A stretch of DNA of 64,000 nt from NCBI RefSeq assembly GCF_020745735.1, contig NC_083409.1:19116341-19180340 (forward strand), read 5' to 3'. The notes under the pieces were generated by a model that did not search any database, was not told where the DNA came from, and saw only the letters and a list, made by a program, of their open reading frames with translations. The stretch comes from Hemiscyllium ocellatum (lineage: Eukaryota). Positions 48,011 to 61,104 of this stretch are shown one piece after another; within the stretch, counting starts at the first letter, position 1, and each line of letters opens with the position of its first letter. The translations under genes were made by a program, and so were the position numbers.

Positions 48011-51000
48011 ATTAGACCTGGGTTTTCTTTACTCTTCAAATGAGATGGAATTGCCCTGTGTGTCCATGGAGTCAGATTGAGAATGTTCAGTCTGGGAGTC
48101 ATGGCTGGGGGGGTACAGTCAATGATAAACTGGTTCCAACTTCTGCTGTCACATTCTGTAGCCCCTGGGCCATCTCAGTGACAACCAGGCAGGGCTCAGG
48201 GTGGATTCCAGAGCAGCTCATTGTCCTGACTGTAGTGTTCCTCAGTCCACATGTGGCTCCAGCAATCTCACTCCATGGTTCTCGTATCAGTGGGAACCAT
48301 GGGGCTGAAATCATATCCAAACGGAATCTCACACAGCGGGGAGGCTGCTGGTGGATCAGAAACCCCTTGGATTCAGTCCCAGATTCCACCGTGGCTCTTT
48401 CATCAAACACAGCATTAGCACACTGACACCACATTCAGAGGGCAATCCTGAGATGGGGCAAGTTTGGTTCTTGATTCCAATGTGAGGAAATGGGGGCTGG
48501 GTGTGAAATGTCTAGTCTGAAACTGGTGGGGGTACTTTATAATGAAGAATAGAAACTGATTTCAGGATAAAGTCAGGTGTTGATGGGAGTGAGGAATATC
48601 TCAGTGATCTGCCTCCAGAATCCACAGCCCACACACATCCTTCTGTCAGACACTGAAGTCTGAGAAAGCAGCTCATCGACATCCAATTTTTCTCCAACCT
48701 TCCCAGAAAAGGTGAAATATTCTCTGTCTGAGTGATTCCCTGGGCAGGGCATTTTATAAAGGGCTGTGGGAAGGGAACCGTTGACTCTCAACGACAAAGC
48801 CAATGGAAGGATGTGGAGCTGACACTGTGAAATGTAAGGGCGCAGAAGATGACACCAGAAGCAATTCAATGTTGTCACTCTCTCCTTTGGTAATAATTGG
48901 TTTTCCCTCATAATGTGCTCTCTTGTATTCGATCCACCTGTCTTTCTTGCTTTGCTTCTTTTGACTTAAGTCTGTGGGGACTTCCATCAAAACCCAAACT
49001 CCTCACACTCATTCTGGCCCCTGAAGAGATTGGTTAGAGAAGACTGGATTACAACAAGTGTCACAGGTATTTCATATCTTACCACATTGAATCAAACCAT
49101 TGAGCCCATTAATGTTCAAAACAGATTCCAGCATTAAAGTCACATTTGTTGGTTATAAAAGTAACGTATTTCTCAGGCTGAAAGAAGGAAGCTTCAGACT
49201 GAGAAATGATCTAACTTTACCCAGATCCTGAGCATTGGCAAGTGGAACTAGATTGCGTTGGGATATCTGGTCAGCGTGGACGAGTTGGACTGAAGGTTCT
49301 GTCTCCGTGCTATACATCTCTATGACTCTAATAGCACAACAGAACAAAGTGATATCAATTAGCACCAGTATAAATACAGGGCAGCCTATATCCTGCAGTT
49401 GGCACTCAGTGCAGCTGGCACAGAGGGGGATGCTGGGAAGTTTGGTCAATGTGGGAGTTCGGTGAACTGACTGTCACTTCAGCTGATGGGAGCATGCACA
49501 TGCACTTGGATTGAAAATAGCAAAATAATAAACAAGAGGACAGGAGTCTGTTGACCAGATCAGCTGGGAAGAGCTTTGTGTAAGGAACCATATAAATAGT
49601 ATGCTTAGGAAACCTCAAATAGGGAAATCCAAGAAATGAAAAGCACTGAAACATTGATCCAGAGACTGAGGACAATGACTAGTTTAATGAAAGAATTGAT
49701 TTCTTTCATTTGTAAGTGGGATCAGCATTTGTTCATTAAACTGAAATGATTCAGGGTAAATATATCTGTAGTGTCTGTATAAAACTACAGCAACTCCCAC
49801 TCAGGGGGTTTGGATTGGAAGCTGAGTTGTAAGAATCCTGATACATCAGGGAGGGGCAGCGATACCTGGAGACTTTGTTCCAGGTGGAAGGTGTAAGCCT
49901 CAGGAGTGGGCAGTCCGATTCCATGTTAGTAAGGGGCAGGAGGGTATGACCCAAGAGGGGGTCAGATAAGGGTTTGGAGAATACAGTGGGACAGGAAAAC
50001 CCTCACTCTTCGAAACTCCAGTGAGAACAAGGCCAGCCTTTCCAATACTTCCTCACCACACAGCCCCCTCATACCATGGATCAGTCGGGTAAGACTCCTC
50101 TGAAACAAATCCAATGGATTTATATTCCTTCTGCAATTAGGAGACCAAAAGTTCATACAAACTTTGAGATGTCCAGGAAGAACTGAAACATCACATTCTC
50201 ACTTTCAGGTCCCTAATCACACCTGCTCTTACTTTTCACCAGCCTTGTTACTGTCCATCTCTCATTGTCATGTACACAGTGGCGCTGAGCTGCTTTCTTG
50301 AACCGCTGCAGTCTGTGTGCTGTAGGTAGACTCACAATGTGCGGAGGAAGGGAATTCCAGGATTCTGACCCAGTAACAATGTAGGAACAGCGATATATTT
50401 CCATATCAGTATACTGAATGGCTTGGAGGGGAACGTGCAAAGAGCAGTGTTCCTGTGTATCTGCTACCATGTCCTTCTTGAAGGAAGTGGTCATGGGTTT
50501 GGAAGGTGCTCTCTCAGGATCTTTGCTGAACCTCTGCAATGTATCTTGTAGATAGTGCACACAGCTGTTACTGAGGGTCAGTGTGGAGGCAATGGATATA
50601 TGTCGATGTGGTGCCAATCAAGCCAGCTGAAATTTGATAAACAAGATTTAAATAAAACAAAATAACATAAAACAGTTTGAAATTAAACAAAATCATCAAA
50701 AACTGTGGTGTCTTTTTAATAAACATCACTGAATCCAAAACATTATTCCCTCCTCTCTCTAAAGCAGCTGCACCTGTTCCCTTTTTCCAGCATCTTGTTT
50801 TATTTGAGATTTGCAGTATTTTACTCTTGTATCTGTTTTAATTCCATTGGTTATAAGAGAAGTATTGGTCAGCACACTGGGGAGAGTTTCCCTGAGATGG
50901 TCGCAAATCCCTTATATTCACATTGACCTGAGAGGGCAGTGGTTTAATCGATCATCCAGCAGATGGCATCTTTACCTTTGCCAGCCTCAGGATAGTGCTC

Positions 51001-51959
51001 CAGTGTCTGGAGTGGGGCTTGAAACCTGCAGGTTCAGGAGACGGTGTTATCACTGAACCCGTCTATTCTTTCCTGGTATGTGGGAGTCACTGGCAAGACC
51101 AGCATTTGTTCTCCATCCCTAACTGCCCTGAAACTGAGTGGCTTGCTCGGCCTATCAAGTGGCAGGTAAGGGTCAGCCACATTGCTGGAGTCCTAGCAGA
51201 GTCAGACATCTACAACAGGTCTACAAGAACAAGGCCCTTCGGCCCAATGAGCCAAAGCCAGTCAAACAAACACCTCACTATGCTAATTCCCTGTTCCAGC
51301 ACTTGGCCCGTAGCCCTGTGTACCTTGGCATCACAGCTGCACATCGAAATACTTCAATGTTATGGGAGAGCTTCTGCCTCAATTATCCTTACAGAAAGCA
51401 AGTTACAAATGACCACCACCTTCTGCATGAAAGTGTGTTTTCTCATATTCCCTCTTAATCTTCTGCTATTTTCCTTAAATCTACGCCCCAGGACATTGAT
51501 CATTAAATAAGTCCACATCATCAAGTCACCCTTTTATTTACACATCAACCATCCTTGACTGTAATGTCTCATATAAAGTTAGGCACCAGAGGTGCAGGGT
51601 CCCTAACACTCAACCTGTTTGATGTCAGTAAGTCATCTCCCTGTTATATCCTTTGTAAAGATTTGAGCTTTTCTTGTGAAACTCCTTTGAGATTTTTTAA
51701 TGGCACAGAGTCTTCCACACACTCCCATCTCTCTTGATGCTCACCCTTGTCTGGTTAATTCTTCCCATTTCCTTCTCTTCTTTCAGTTCATTCCATTTCA
51801 GTAAAGTCTGTGATATTTCCACGGAGGATGTGTACTTGAAACAGCCAGAGAGAAGCTCCTGTGAAGAAGCACTACAATAGAAGGAAGGCTGATATTTGCA
51901 GGAAGCCTGGACTGTGCCCTTGTGAACCTTTTCCAAACATTTCCATGTGATCTGTCAGC

Positions 51960-53470
51960 TTCCTTCAACTCTTCCCATTTCCTCCAAATCCAGTGGGTGG
52001 CCATGGGTCCCAGCTATGTCTGCTTGTTGTCGGCTACATCAAACAACACCTCACCAGTACATGCACAGGCACCGTTCCCCAAATCTTCCACCATTACATC
52101 AGTGACTGCATCAGTGCTGCATCCTGCACCCAGGCTGAACTGGAGCAGTTCATCGAATTTGCTAACAACTTCCAACCTGCCCTTAAATTCACGTAGTCTA
52201 TCTTAGACAAATCCTTCTCCTTTCTTGACCGCCCCATTTCCATCTCCGCTGACAGTCTCGGAACAGACATTTACTGTAAACCCACAGACTCACACAACTA
52301 CCTGGACAACACCTTCTCCCAACCAGTATCCTGCAAGAAGACCATCCCATTTTCCCAATTCTTCCATCTCCGTCACATCTGCTCGAACGAGGAGATGCTC
52401 CACTCCCAAGAGTCCCAGATGTCCACCTATTTTTAACGATGTACTTTTCCCACCTCTGCCATCCAGAAAGCCTCCACCGCACCTCCTCCATTCTCTGCTC
52501 TCCAAATCTAAACACCCCCCTCCAAAATTCAATAAAGACAGGGTTCCCTTTGTCTTCAACTTACACCCCACCAATCTCCGCATCCAACGTATCATCCTCA
52601 AACAATTCTGCCAACTCCAGCTAGACCCCCACCACCAAGAACATCTTACCCTCCCCACCCCTCTCTGCCTTCCACAAGGACTGTTCCCTTTGCCAATCCT
52701 TGGTTTTCACCACACTTCACACCTACCCCCTCCTCCCCAACAAAACCCTGGTACCTTCCCCTGCAACCGTAAAAGTTGCAAAACCTGCCGACACACCACC
52801 CCTGTCATTTCCATCCAGGGCCCCAGTCCTTCCAGGTCAGACAGAGGTTCACCTGCCTCTTCTCCAACCTAGTTTATTGTATCCGGTGCACCCGTTGTGG
52901 TCTTCTCTGCATCGGTGAGACCAAACATAAACTAAGGGCATGTTTTGCTGAGCATCTCAGCCAGGCTCACAAAGGCTGACCTGGCCTCCCAGTCACTGCC
53001 TATTTCAATTCCCCTTCCTATTGCCTCTCAGACATGACCATCCTCTGCCTTCTCCATTGCCACAAGCAATCGGACTGCAAATTGGAGGAACAAATAATTA
53101 TCTTTTGCCCGGGGTAGCTTAGAACCCAGAGGAATCAACATTGAGTTCTCCAATTTCAAAAAGCTTCCCTTTCCCAACTTTCAACTCCCTTTCCTGTCCC
53201 CCTCCTTCATTCTATTCCACTTACAGACCCTCCCTTCCAGCCACCAAATGGATTCATTCCTCCCATCAACCAACCACTTCAAACCCTCTACCTGTGTTCA
53301 TCACTCAATACCTTCCACTCCACCATTCCCCCCACCCACCCAAACAACTGATCCCACCTTGATTTGCAGCTCCCCCTACCCCCACCTGCAGTTCTGAAGA
53401 AGGGTTATACCCGAAATGTTGACTTCTCCACCTCCAGATTCTGCCTCGCTTGCTGTGTTCTTCCAGCCTC
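51960..53470 (+). mobile_element. Penelope-like element remnant (RT C-terminus, GIY-YIG endonuclease, terminal repeat)
   Basis: FQVRQRFTCLFSNLVYCIRCTRCGLLCIGETKHKL...FAEHL (52776-52979) is a GIY-YIG signature; CxRKSCKTC Cys motif upstream; hammerhead-type terminus at 53394. Confidence 0.85.
53388..53428 (+). ncRNA. Minimal hammerhead ribozyme motif at the Penelope terminus
   Basis: AGTT-CTGAAGA-A-GGGT-TAT-ACCC-GAAA-TGTT-GACT: core intact, stems I and II pair. Confidence 0.55.
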
Positions 53471-53894
53471 CTGCAAGCCTCCATCCCAGCCTGATAACCA
53501 TCTCGGACACTGGAAGGAAATGCCCAGGGCGCACGTTAACATGGTGAAAAAGCCTTTCAGCTGAAGCTTCAGTGTTTGCCTTCAGTGTGGATTTTCAGTT
53601 ACTGATTTACTCCCCTGTTATGTGACAGGAAGAAAGAACACTTGTTGGTGCAGTGTTTTTTCAATCGTCCCAAGATATTTAAAGCTGCCTGCACAGTGCA
53701 ATCACCTTCACAAGACAAAATGCTGAGGTCCCAAAATCAGCAAACGAATGACGAGACAAATCTGTTTTGGTGGCATTAGATGAATATTGAGCAGGATACC
53801 CGAGGGAATCTCTTTTAGAATGGGATCTTGTCGAGCCCCCTGAGGTGGAGGGATTGGGGTCTGGGTGGTGCTGGGGAACATCCCATACATAACA

Positions 53895-56234
53895 TGGTGC
53901 CAGAATTCACTGCAGTCTCAACCTGGATTCTGTGTTCTCATTTCTGAGGTGGCTTTCAATCCGATGACCATTTTGACTATGAGGCAGGAACATTGCCCAT
54001 GGAGTCACCATCAGTAACAATGTAAACTGTGTGGCTCTGAAAGCCTGAGTCTGCATCTCAGCTCGGGAGGATATCATCTCATTCATCAAATCTGTTTCTG
54101 CCCCTCTGCAGGCTGACCAGGCTGCCGGTGCCTTTCCAACACTCCCAGGTTTTCCCATGTGCCACAGCTCATTCTGCTGAGGGATAGTTTACTTGGAGTC
54201 GAAAAGTGTGGTGCTGGAAAAGCACAGCAGGTCAGGCAGTTGTGCTCAGGCCGAGGACATGACCTTGCCCCTCTGTCAGATCCTCTTCGAGACACTCATG
54301 GCTCACCACCGCCCTCTCCAGGACAGTTAGGGAAGGGCAACAGCAAGGATGGAGATGGGGACGCGGAGCTGCAAGTGCTACTCTGCAGTTTGGTGACCCA
54401 CTTTGATAGCTGTTTGTTCGATCTTTGAGTGTAATTCATTTTTTTTGCTGATCCCAGTGTCAATCCAAAGGACACTCCACCTTTCAGTCTGACAAACCAG
54501 GGTCACCCATGTCATGGCTCTATATCTGGCTGAGAGTCCAGTCTTTCAAAGAGATGAATTCAAGCCTCACCAATTTGATCATTTTAATTTTACATCATTT
54601 CTCTTGATTTCTCTTGGAATGGGCGGGCGTTGCCTTTCCCCAATTGTCCTGGAGAGGGCGGTGGTGAGCCATGTAATATCTGGAAAGGAAGGCGTTGGAA
54701 TTTGTACAAAAAAAGACATGAAATTCAATGTGATGTTCACAAATGTTCTTTCATTGAGGGAGCCTGGTCTGTGACTCCTGCCCCACTGTGACATGATCCA
54801 TTTTTAATGACCCCATGATCTGGCTCAGCAAAGAACTTAATCCAAGCAACTGGGGGTGGGCAATAATTATGAAGCTCACCAATGATGAAGCAGAAATAAT
54901 AATGAGAAGGAATAATGCAGCTCCTTGCTGTCTGCCTTTTAGCCTCTGAGCCAGCACACTCTCACCATTCTGGGTTTCTAATCCTCTAACATTAATTCAT
55001 TAGAGTGTGGGAATACATGAAGAGGTTTTATTTTGAACTGTAAGGTCTCTTTTCTCCGTGACTCTCTCCTTTTCAACCCCCTACAATCCTGTCACCAGAT
55101 GCTTGTGCTGACAGCCTTGTTGTGCAGAGTGAAAGCTCTCGGTGTTCTCTGAGGCCTCACTGCCTTGTGTCTGTCTCCACTGCAACATAAGGCAAATGAC
55201 GTGTTTCTGAAACCCTGTTGAACTTAAATGCCAGCAAAGAAAATGACTGCAACAAGAGTTGAGTTGGTCTTGTTAAAGAAAATAATTTTAACTTTTGTCA
55301 TTTTTGTCAGTGAGTAACAAAGGAAAGCTGGGGGTCGAGGATTGCTGCAGCCTCTGTCAGAACATAGGGCCCAGGAGCAGGACCAGGCCTTTTGGGAGCT
55401 GCTGCGCCAATGGAGAAGATCACTGCTCATCGGGTTATGGTCTCACCTGTACTTTCTGCTTCCCCACCCCCTCCCATTATCCTTAATTGCCTTGTTCATC
55501 AAAAAATCCCTCTACTGTAACCATGTACCAACTCCATGAGTGAACCTCCATTCCCATGTAGAGAAGAGGATTCCACAGACTGTCAACCATCAGCAAGAAA
55601 ACTCCTCCTTCCCTTTAAACGGGAGACTGCTTCGTGTTAAACTGGCCCCCAGTTTTCATCTGCCCTATAACAGGATCCACCCTCTCAGTATCCAGCCTGT
55701 GATGTCACCTTGAGATCAAAATCTGTTAATGAGAGAGAACAGGTTACATCAGTGAGACTTTTCCCCAGACACGATGAACAGTGTTGATGTAAATTGCTTT
55801 CTCCAGTCCCAGAGTCTAGAACAAGAGGGTTGTTAAAATTGTAATTCAGACAATTTCAGGAAAAATTCCATCTGACAGAGTGATGGAAATCTGGAACCCT
55901 CAATCCAAAATAAAAAGTTGTTGAGATTGAGTTTCAATGTTCATTTTCTCAGGGCAGTACAGTTTACAGGACAAAGGGAGAATGTATTCCAGGTCAGCCA
56001 TGGCCTGATTAACTGGGGAACTAGGTCAAAGCAACTGATTGGTCATTCCCACTGGAATCCACTGGAATGACTACTGATGTGTTTGCGGCTAATAAAAGGA
56101 GTCATTACCCATAGTCTTCAGGAGCTGTGCAAGTCCTCCGTAGTAACTAGAAAGCAGCTGTTTCACTGTGCCCGAACAATACAAAGTCAGAGGACACACT
56201 GCACCAGGTTCTAGCCCAACTGATTAATTTGAAA

Positions 56235-56276
<42 letters not shown>

Positions 56277-58030
56277 TTAGGTAAGGGGTAAAACGTATGG
56301 GTGGGTTGCGCTTCGGCGGGTCGGTGTGGACTTGTTGGGCCGAAGGGCCTGTTTCCACACTGTAAGTAATCTAATCTAAAAAAATGAACTTTTGGGTAAC
56401 TTTTGATGGTCCTCACAGTGTGCTATTTTATTCATGATGTGATACACGGAGACTATGTCAGCGTTGGGTGGCAAAAAGTTTATTTCCTCCTTTAGCCCCT
56501 TTCCAAAACTCTCTCTCCATCTTGCTTTAATCCTTATTGACTCTTCTACAATCGCCTCTATTTCCTCACTCCTTTCCAGTCCCAAAGGAACATATGGACA
56601 GACGTCATGACCCCACTCTGTCTTAAGTTTCATGTGTAGTGTGTTGGAGCTTGGGCCCCTGCCTCAGGCCCAGGTGTAGGGGCCTGTTCAACAATCTGCA
56701 CATTGTCCTATGTCTCTTTCTGAGTGAACTGGATCAAGTTGCAGTAACGATCTGGCAACAAGGTGTCTTGTCTAATATGTTCCCAGCACTGGGTACAGAA
56801 CTGGCTGTGTCAGAGGCGATAGAGGTTAGTGATGGAAGGATGGATTTCAGAATGGAGGACTGTGTCTTGTGGGGTTTCACAGGGATCAATGATGGGACCT
56901 TTGCTGTTCATGGTCTCCATTAGTGATTTGAATGAAAACATGGCTAGTCTAATTGATGAGTTTGTGGATGCCACAAAGATTGCTGGAGTTGCAGTTAATG
57001 ATCAGATTATTAGAGGATACAGCAGGACATAGATCAATTGGATGCATGGATAGAAAATGGCATATGACATTTAATCCAGATAAACGTGAAATGATGTATT
57101 TTGAAAGATGAAATACAGGCGGCAGAATACCAGCACAGTGAATGGCAGAATCCATTGGAGTATTGAAATGCAGAGGGATCTGGATGTACATGTTCACAGA
57201 TCACTGATGGTGGCAGCACCTAAGGTAGTTAAAAAGGCCAATGGCAGGCTTGGCTACATTGGGAGGAGCAGTGAGGATTGGGATAGACAAGTTATACCGC
57301 AGCTTTACTGAACTTTAGTTTGGCCACAATTGGAATATTTGCATAGAGTTCTGGTCACCACATGACCAGAAGGATGTGGATGTTTTGGAGAGGGTACAGA
57401 AAAGATTTACCATGAATGCTATCTGATATGGAGGGTTTTAGTGATGAAGGAAGGTTGGATAGACTGGATTTTTTTTCGTTGGAATGTAGAAGGTTAAAGG
57501 GCAATCTTATAGAAGTTTATGAAATTGTGAATGGCATGGAGAGAGTGGGAAATATGAGGGTTTTTCCCAGGGGAGAGGGGTCAGTTACTAGGGGACACAG
57601 GTTCAAGGTATGTGTGTGTGTGGTGGGGGGGGGGGGATTTAAAACAGATGTGTGAGGTAAATATTTCACACAAACGGTGGTGAGGGGCTGGAACACACAG
57701 CCAGTGGAGGTGGTGGAAGCAGACACAATAGCAGCTTTCAAGAAATACCTGGATGAACACATGGATAGGAAGAGAACAGAGGGATATGAACCCTGTAGGT
57801 GAATACAGTTTCAGTGAGTAAGCACAAAATGTGTCAGCACAGGCTTGAAGGGCCGAAGGGCCTGTTCCTGTGCTGTAATGTTCCTTGTTCTTTGATCCCT
57901 GCTGTTGAATTGGATTCTCGGGAGCCAGCTCCGTATGAAGAGCCTGTTCTCATTCTTTTGTTGGAGTTCAAGGGCAGTCGCTGTTTCCTTGCTACGTCAC
58001 TGATCAAACCAACAATGCGGGAAGACTCAT
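53895..58030 (+). repeat. Left arm of inverted duplication B
   Basis: Reverse-complement blocks: 53895-54341/63502-63965, 56030-56215/62990-63170, 56380-57870/61260-62760, 57870-58030/61105-61260. Confidence 0.88.
56820..57870 (+). mobile_element. CR1 LINE 3' half (duplicated in inverted form at 61260-62300)
   Basis: VSQGSMMGPLLF / FVDATK RT remnants and 3' end; orthologous position in both arms of duplication B. Confidence 0.8.
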
Positions 58031-61000
58031 GATGGAGTGGGTGGTTGTTTGATTTCTCACTTGTGTTAATACAGTTTTAAATGTGTCAGTGTACTTTCCC
58101 CTCTCCCTATGGAGGGGGTCACTGCCAGTGTCCCCACCCCACCTTTTCACTCTTATAGTGATAGCATTTTAAGCATTCCATCTGTCAGAGAATGCTGTCA
58201 TTCCCCCCCCAACCCACACAACTCCCCCAACTCCACCTCCCCACCCCCCCCCCACCACACAAATCTCTCGGGCACTGGGTGGGGGTGAATGGAATTTTAA
58301 CCTTTATTGCTGCCGGTTGGAATTTAAAAATAGAGAAACCTTGTACCAATTCTAATGGGTGTGAATGAGCCTGCACGTGCAGTGCTGTGTGCAGTTTTGG
58401 TCCCTGTATTTAAGAAAGGATGGACTGGCAATGGAAGCATCCTCCTGCTCCAATTTCTCACAGCAGAACTGGTTTGGAGCCTGCTTGTAGTATCAGCCTC
58501 CAGCCTCTGGATGGTGCCTTGCCCAGCCTCCCAATTCCTCTCCCCAGTCTCCTGCTGCAGCAGGTGGGGGAGGTGATATAATGGACCACTCGGTTATCCT
58601 CAATCTCTCACCCCATCTCCCAAACTCTCCAACCAAGCCTTCCCCCTCATGGCTCGCAGCTGTGCCTTCAGTCTCCCAGGCCCTCAGCACGGGGATTTCC
58701 TCCACAAACCCCTCTCACTTCTTAGAACAAACTCTTGGTCTCCTTTTAGTCATCAACACAAACACCGTATCTCCCCACCTTTTGAACGGTTACTATATTA
58801 AAGATGCTATATTAATACAAGTTGTTGTGATTGACATTACTGACCAGGAGTTATTTATTGACAGGTTTCACCAATATAACAGGAAAGGAAATGACCACGG
58901 CTGTAATGAAGTAATCATTTCCAGCCAACTGTACCACTGACACCAGCTCATCAAATGTCCTTAAAATAGCTCCTTCCAAACCCATGACTGCTTTGGTCTG
59001 GAACGACAAGGGCAGCAGATATATGGGAACACCAAATCCCTGGAAGTTCCATGCAAGCCACTCACCGTCTTGACTTTGAACTGTTCCTTCACTGCCACTG
59101 GGTCAAAATCCTGTAACTTTCCCTCTAGGAGCTTCATGAGTCTATCTACAGCATATGGATGCAACGCTTCAAGAAAGCAACTCAGCACCAACTTCACCAG
59201 GGCACCTAGGGATTGGTAATAAATGCTGGCCCATTCAGTGAACCCCACATCCCATGAAGGAATTTTAAGAAGCCCATTTCCTTTGACATCTCCCTTCCAC
59301 CCAGCCTAATACTCAGGCCTCATTGGCTGCTTGGGTTTCACTTGCCATTCCATCCTATTCTCCACTCCGTGTCCTATCCCTGAGATCCTTGTCAATCGTT
59401 CGCTGTTATCGTGGGAGCCTGCTGAGAGGAAATGGGCTGTCACAGTTCCCACATTACAACAATGACTAGACTTTGGAAGTATACATTAGCTGTGAAACAT
59501 CTTTGAACATCCTGAGCCCATGAACGGTGTAACAGAAATGCAATTCTCTCTCCTTTTTGTTTCCTCTCCATGCCTTCCCATCTGTCTCCCCACAACATCC
59601 CTCCCTTGTTTAAAATCTAGAATGACTTATGAATCTCTGGGAGAACTTAATCTGTGGCAATATTGAGACTAACAACAACCACCTCCTTGGTGGGCTTTGA
59701 GTGTGAAGGTCAATAACACTCTCACTGGGACTTGATCTTGGTTGTCTCCAGTCAGTCAGTGTTATTGTTCTGGGGCCAGACATTACTGACCAACCTTAGG
59801 CCCTGTAACCTGATTGAGATGACAGATGACCTGCACTGGGCTTTAACACACTGTTACCACAGCACAGAGTGAAATTGTGTAGTGCTGGAAAAGCATGGCC
59901 GGTCAGGCAGCATCCCTGGAGCAGGAGAGTTGACGTTTTGAGCATAAGCTCTTCATCAGGAATGGGGAGGAGGGTTGAGGAGTTGGAGAGATAAATGGGA
60001 GGGAATTGGGGCTGGGGAATTGGGGAAGGTCGTGAAGATTGCAATAGGTACGTGGAGGTGAGGGGTGACAGTAATAAGTCAGAGTGAAGGGTGGAATGGA
60101 TAGGTGGGAAGGAAGATGGACAGGTAGGACAGTTCAAGAGGGTGGTGCGGAGTTGGAAGGTTGGATCTGGGATAAGCTGGGGGAGTGGAGATGAGGAAAC
60201 AAATAACATCAACATTCAGAGTATTGAGAACAGGAGTTGGGAGGTCATGTTGCGGCTGTACAGGGCATTAGTGAGGCTGAGGGGTGACCTTAAAGAGGTT
60301 TACAAAATTAAGAGGGGCATAGATAGAATAAATAGACAATGTCTTTTCCCTGGGGTCGGGGAGTCCAGAACTAGAGGGCATAGGTTTAGGGTGAGAGGGG
60401 AAAGATATAAAAGAGACCTAAGGGGCAACTTTTTCATGCAGAGGGTGATACGTGTATGAAATGAGCTGCCAGAGGATGTAGTGGAGGCTGGTACAATTGC
60501 AACATTTAAGAGGTATTTGGATGGGTATATGACTAAGAAGGGTTTGGAGGGATATGGGCCAGGTACTGGCAGGTGGGACTAGATTGGGTTGGGATATCTG
60601 GTCGGCATGGACGGGTTGGACTAAAGGGTTTGTTTCCATGCTGTACATCTCTATGACTCTATGACTCTATAACATTGATTCCATGTCATTGGAGGGTCTC
60701 AAGGTGGAAGATGTGGTGTTCTTCCTCCAGTAGTTAGATGGCTTCAATTTGGCGGTGGAGGAGGCCTAGGGACTTGCATATCCTTAGCAGGTGGGAGGGG
60801 GAGTTGAAATGGTCGGCCACAGGGTGGTGGGATTGTTTAGTGTGTGTGTCCTGAAGATATCATCTTCCAATCCTCCAATGAAGATGCACTGTCCTCACCA
60901 AAACATGTTGGCAAATCTCTTCATAACATGTAAAGGGAGAGAAACATTGAAAACTGTATTATCATGAGTGAGAGTCCATTTAAAACAAGGACTATGATGT

Positions 61001-61104
61001 TAAATGTTCCCAGCCATAAACAACACTGGTGTATTGATGTCATTATCTTATTAAACAATATTAAAACCTCAGCCAAACATTTTCCTGCAGACAGTGTATT
61101 TAAA

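Noticed and set aside
48099-48434. 111-aa minus ORF with an Ig-strand-like phrase (QGLQNVTAEVGTSLSLTV), with a TATA-like TTTTATAAA near 48753
   Set aside because: No Ig Cys/Trp framework in any frame, stop right after the phrase, no RSS and no convincing splice sites.
52225-52872. 215-aa Pro-rich ORF
   Set aside because: Frameshifted Penelope remnant, not a host gene.
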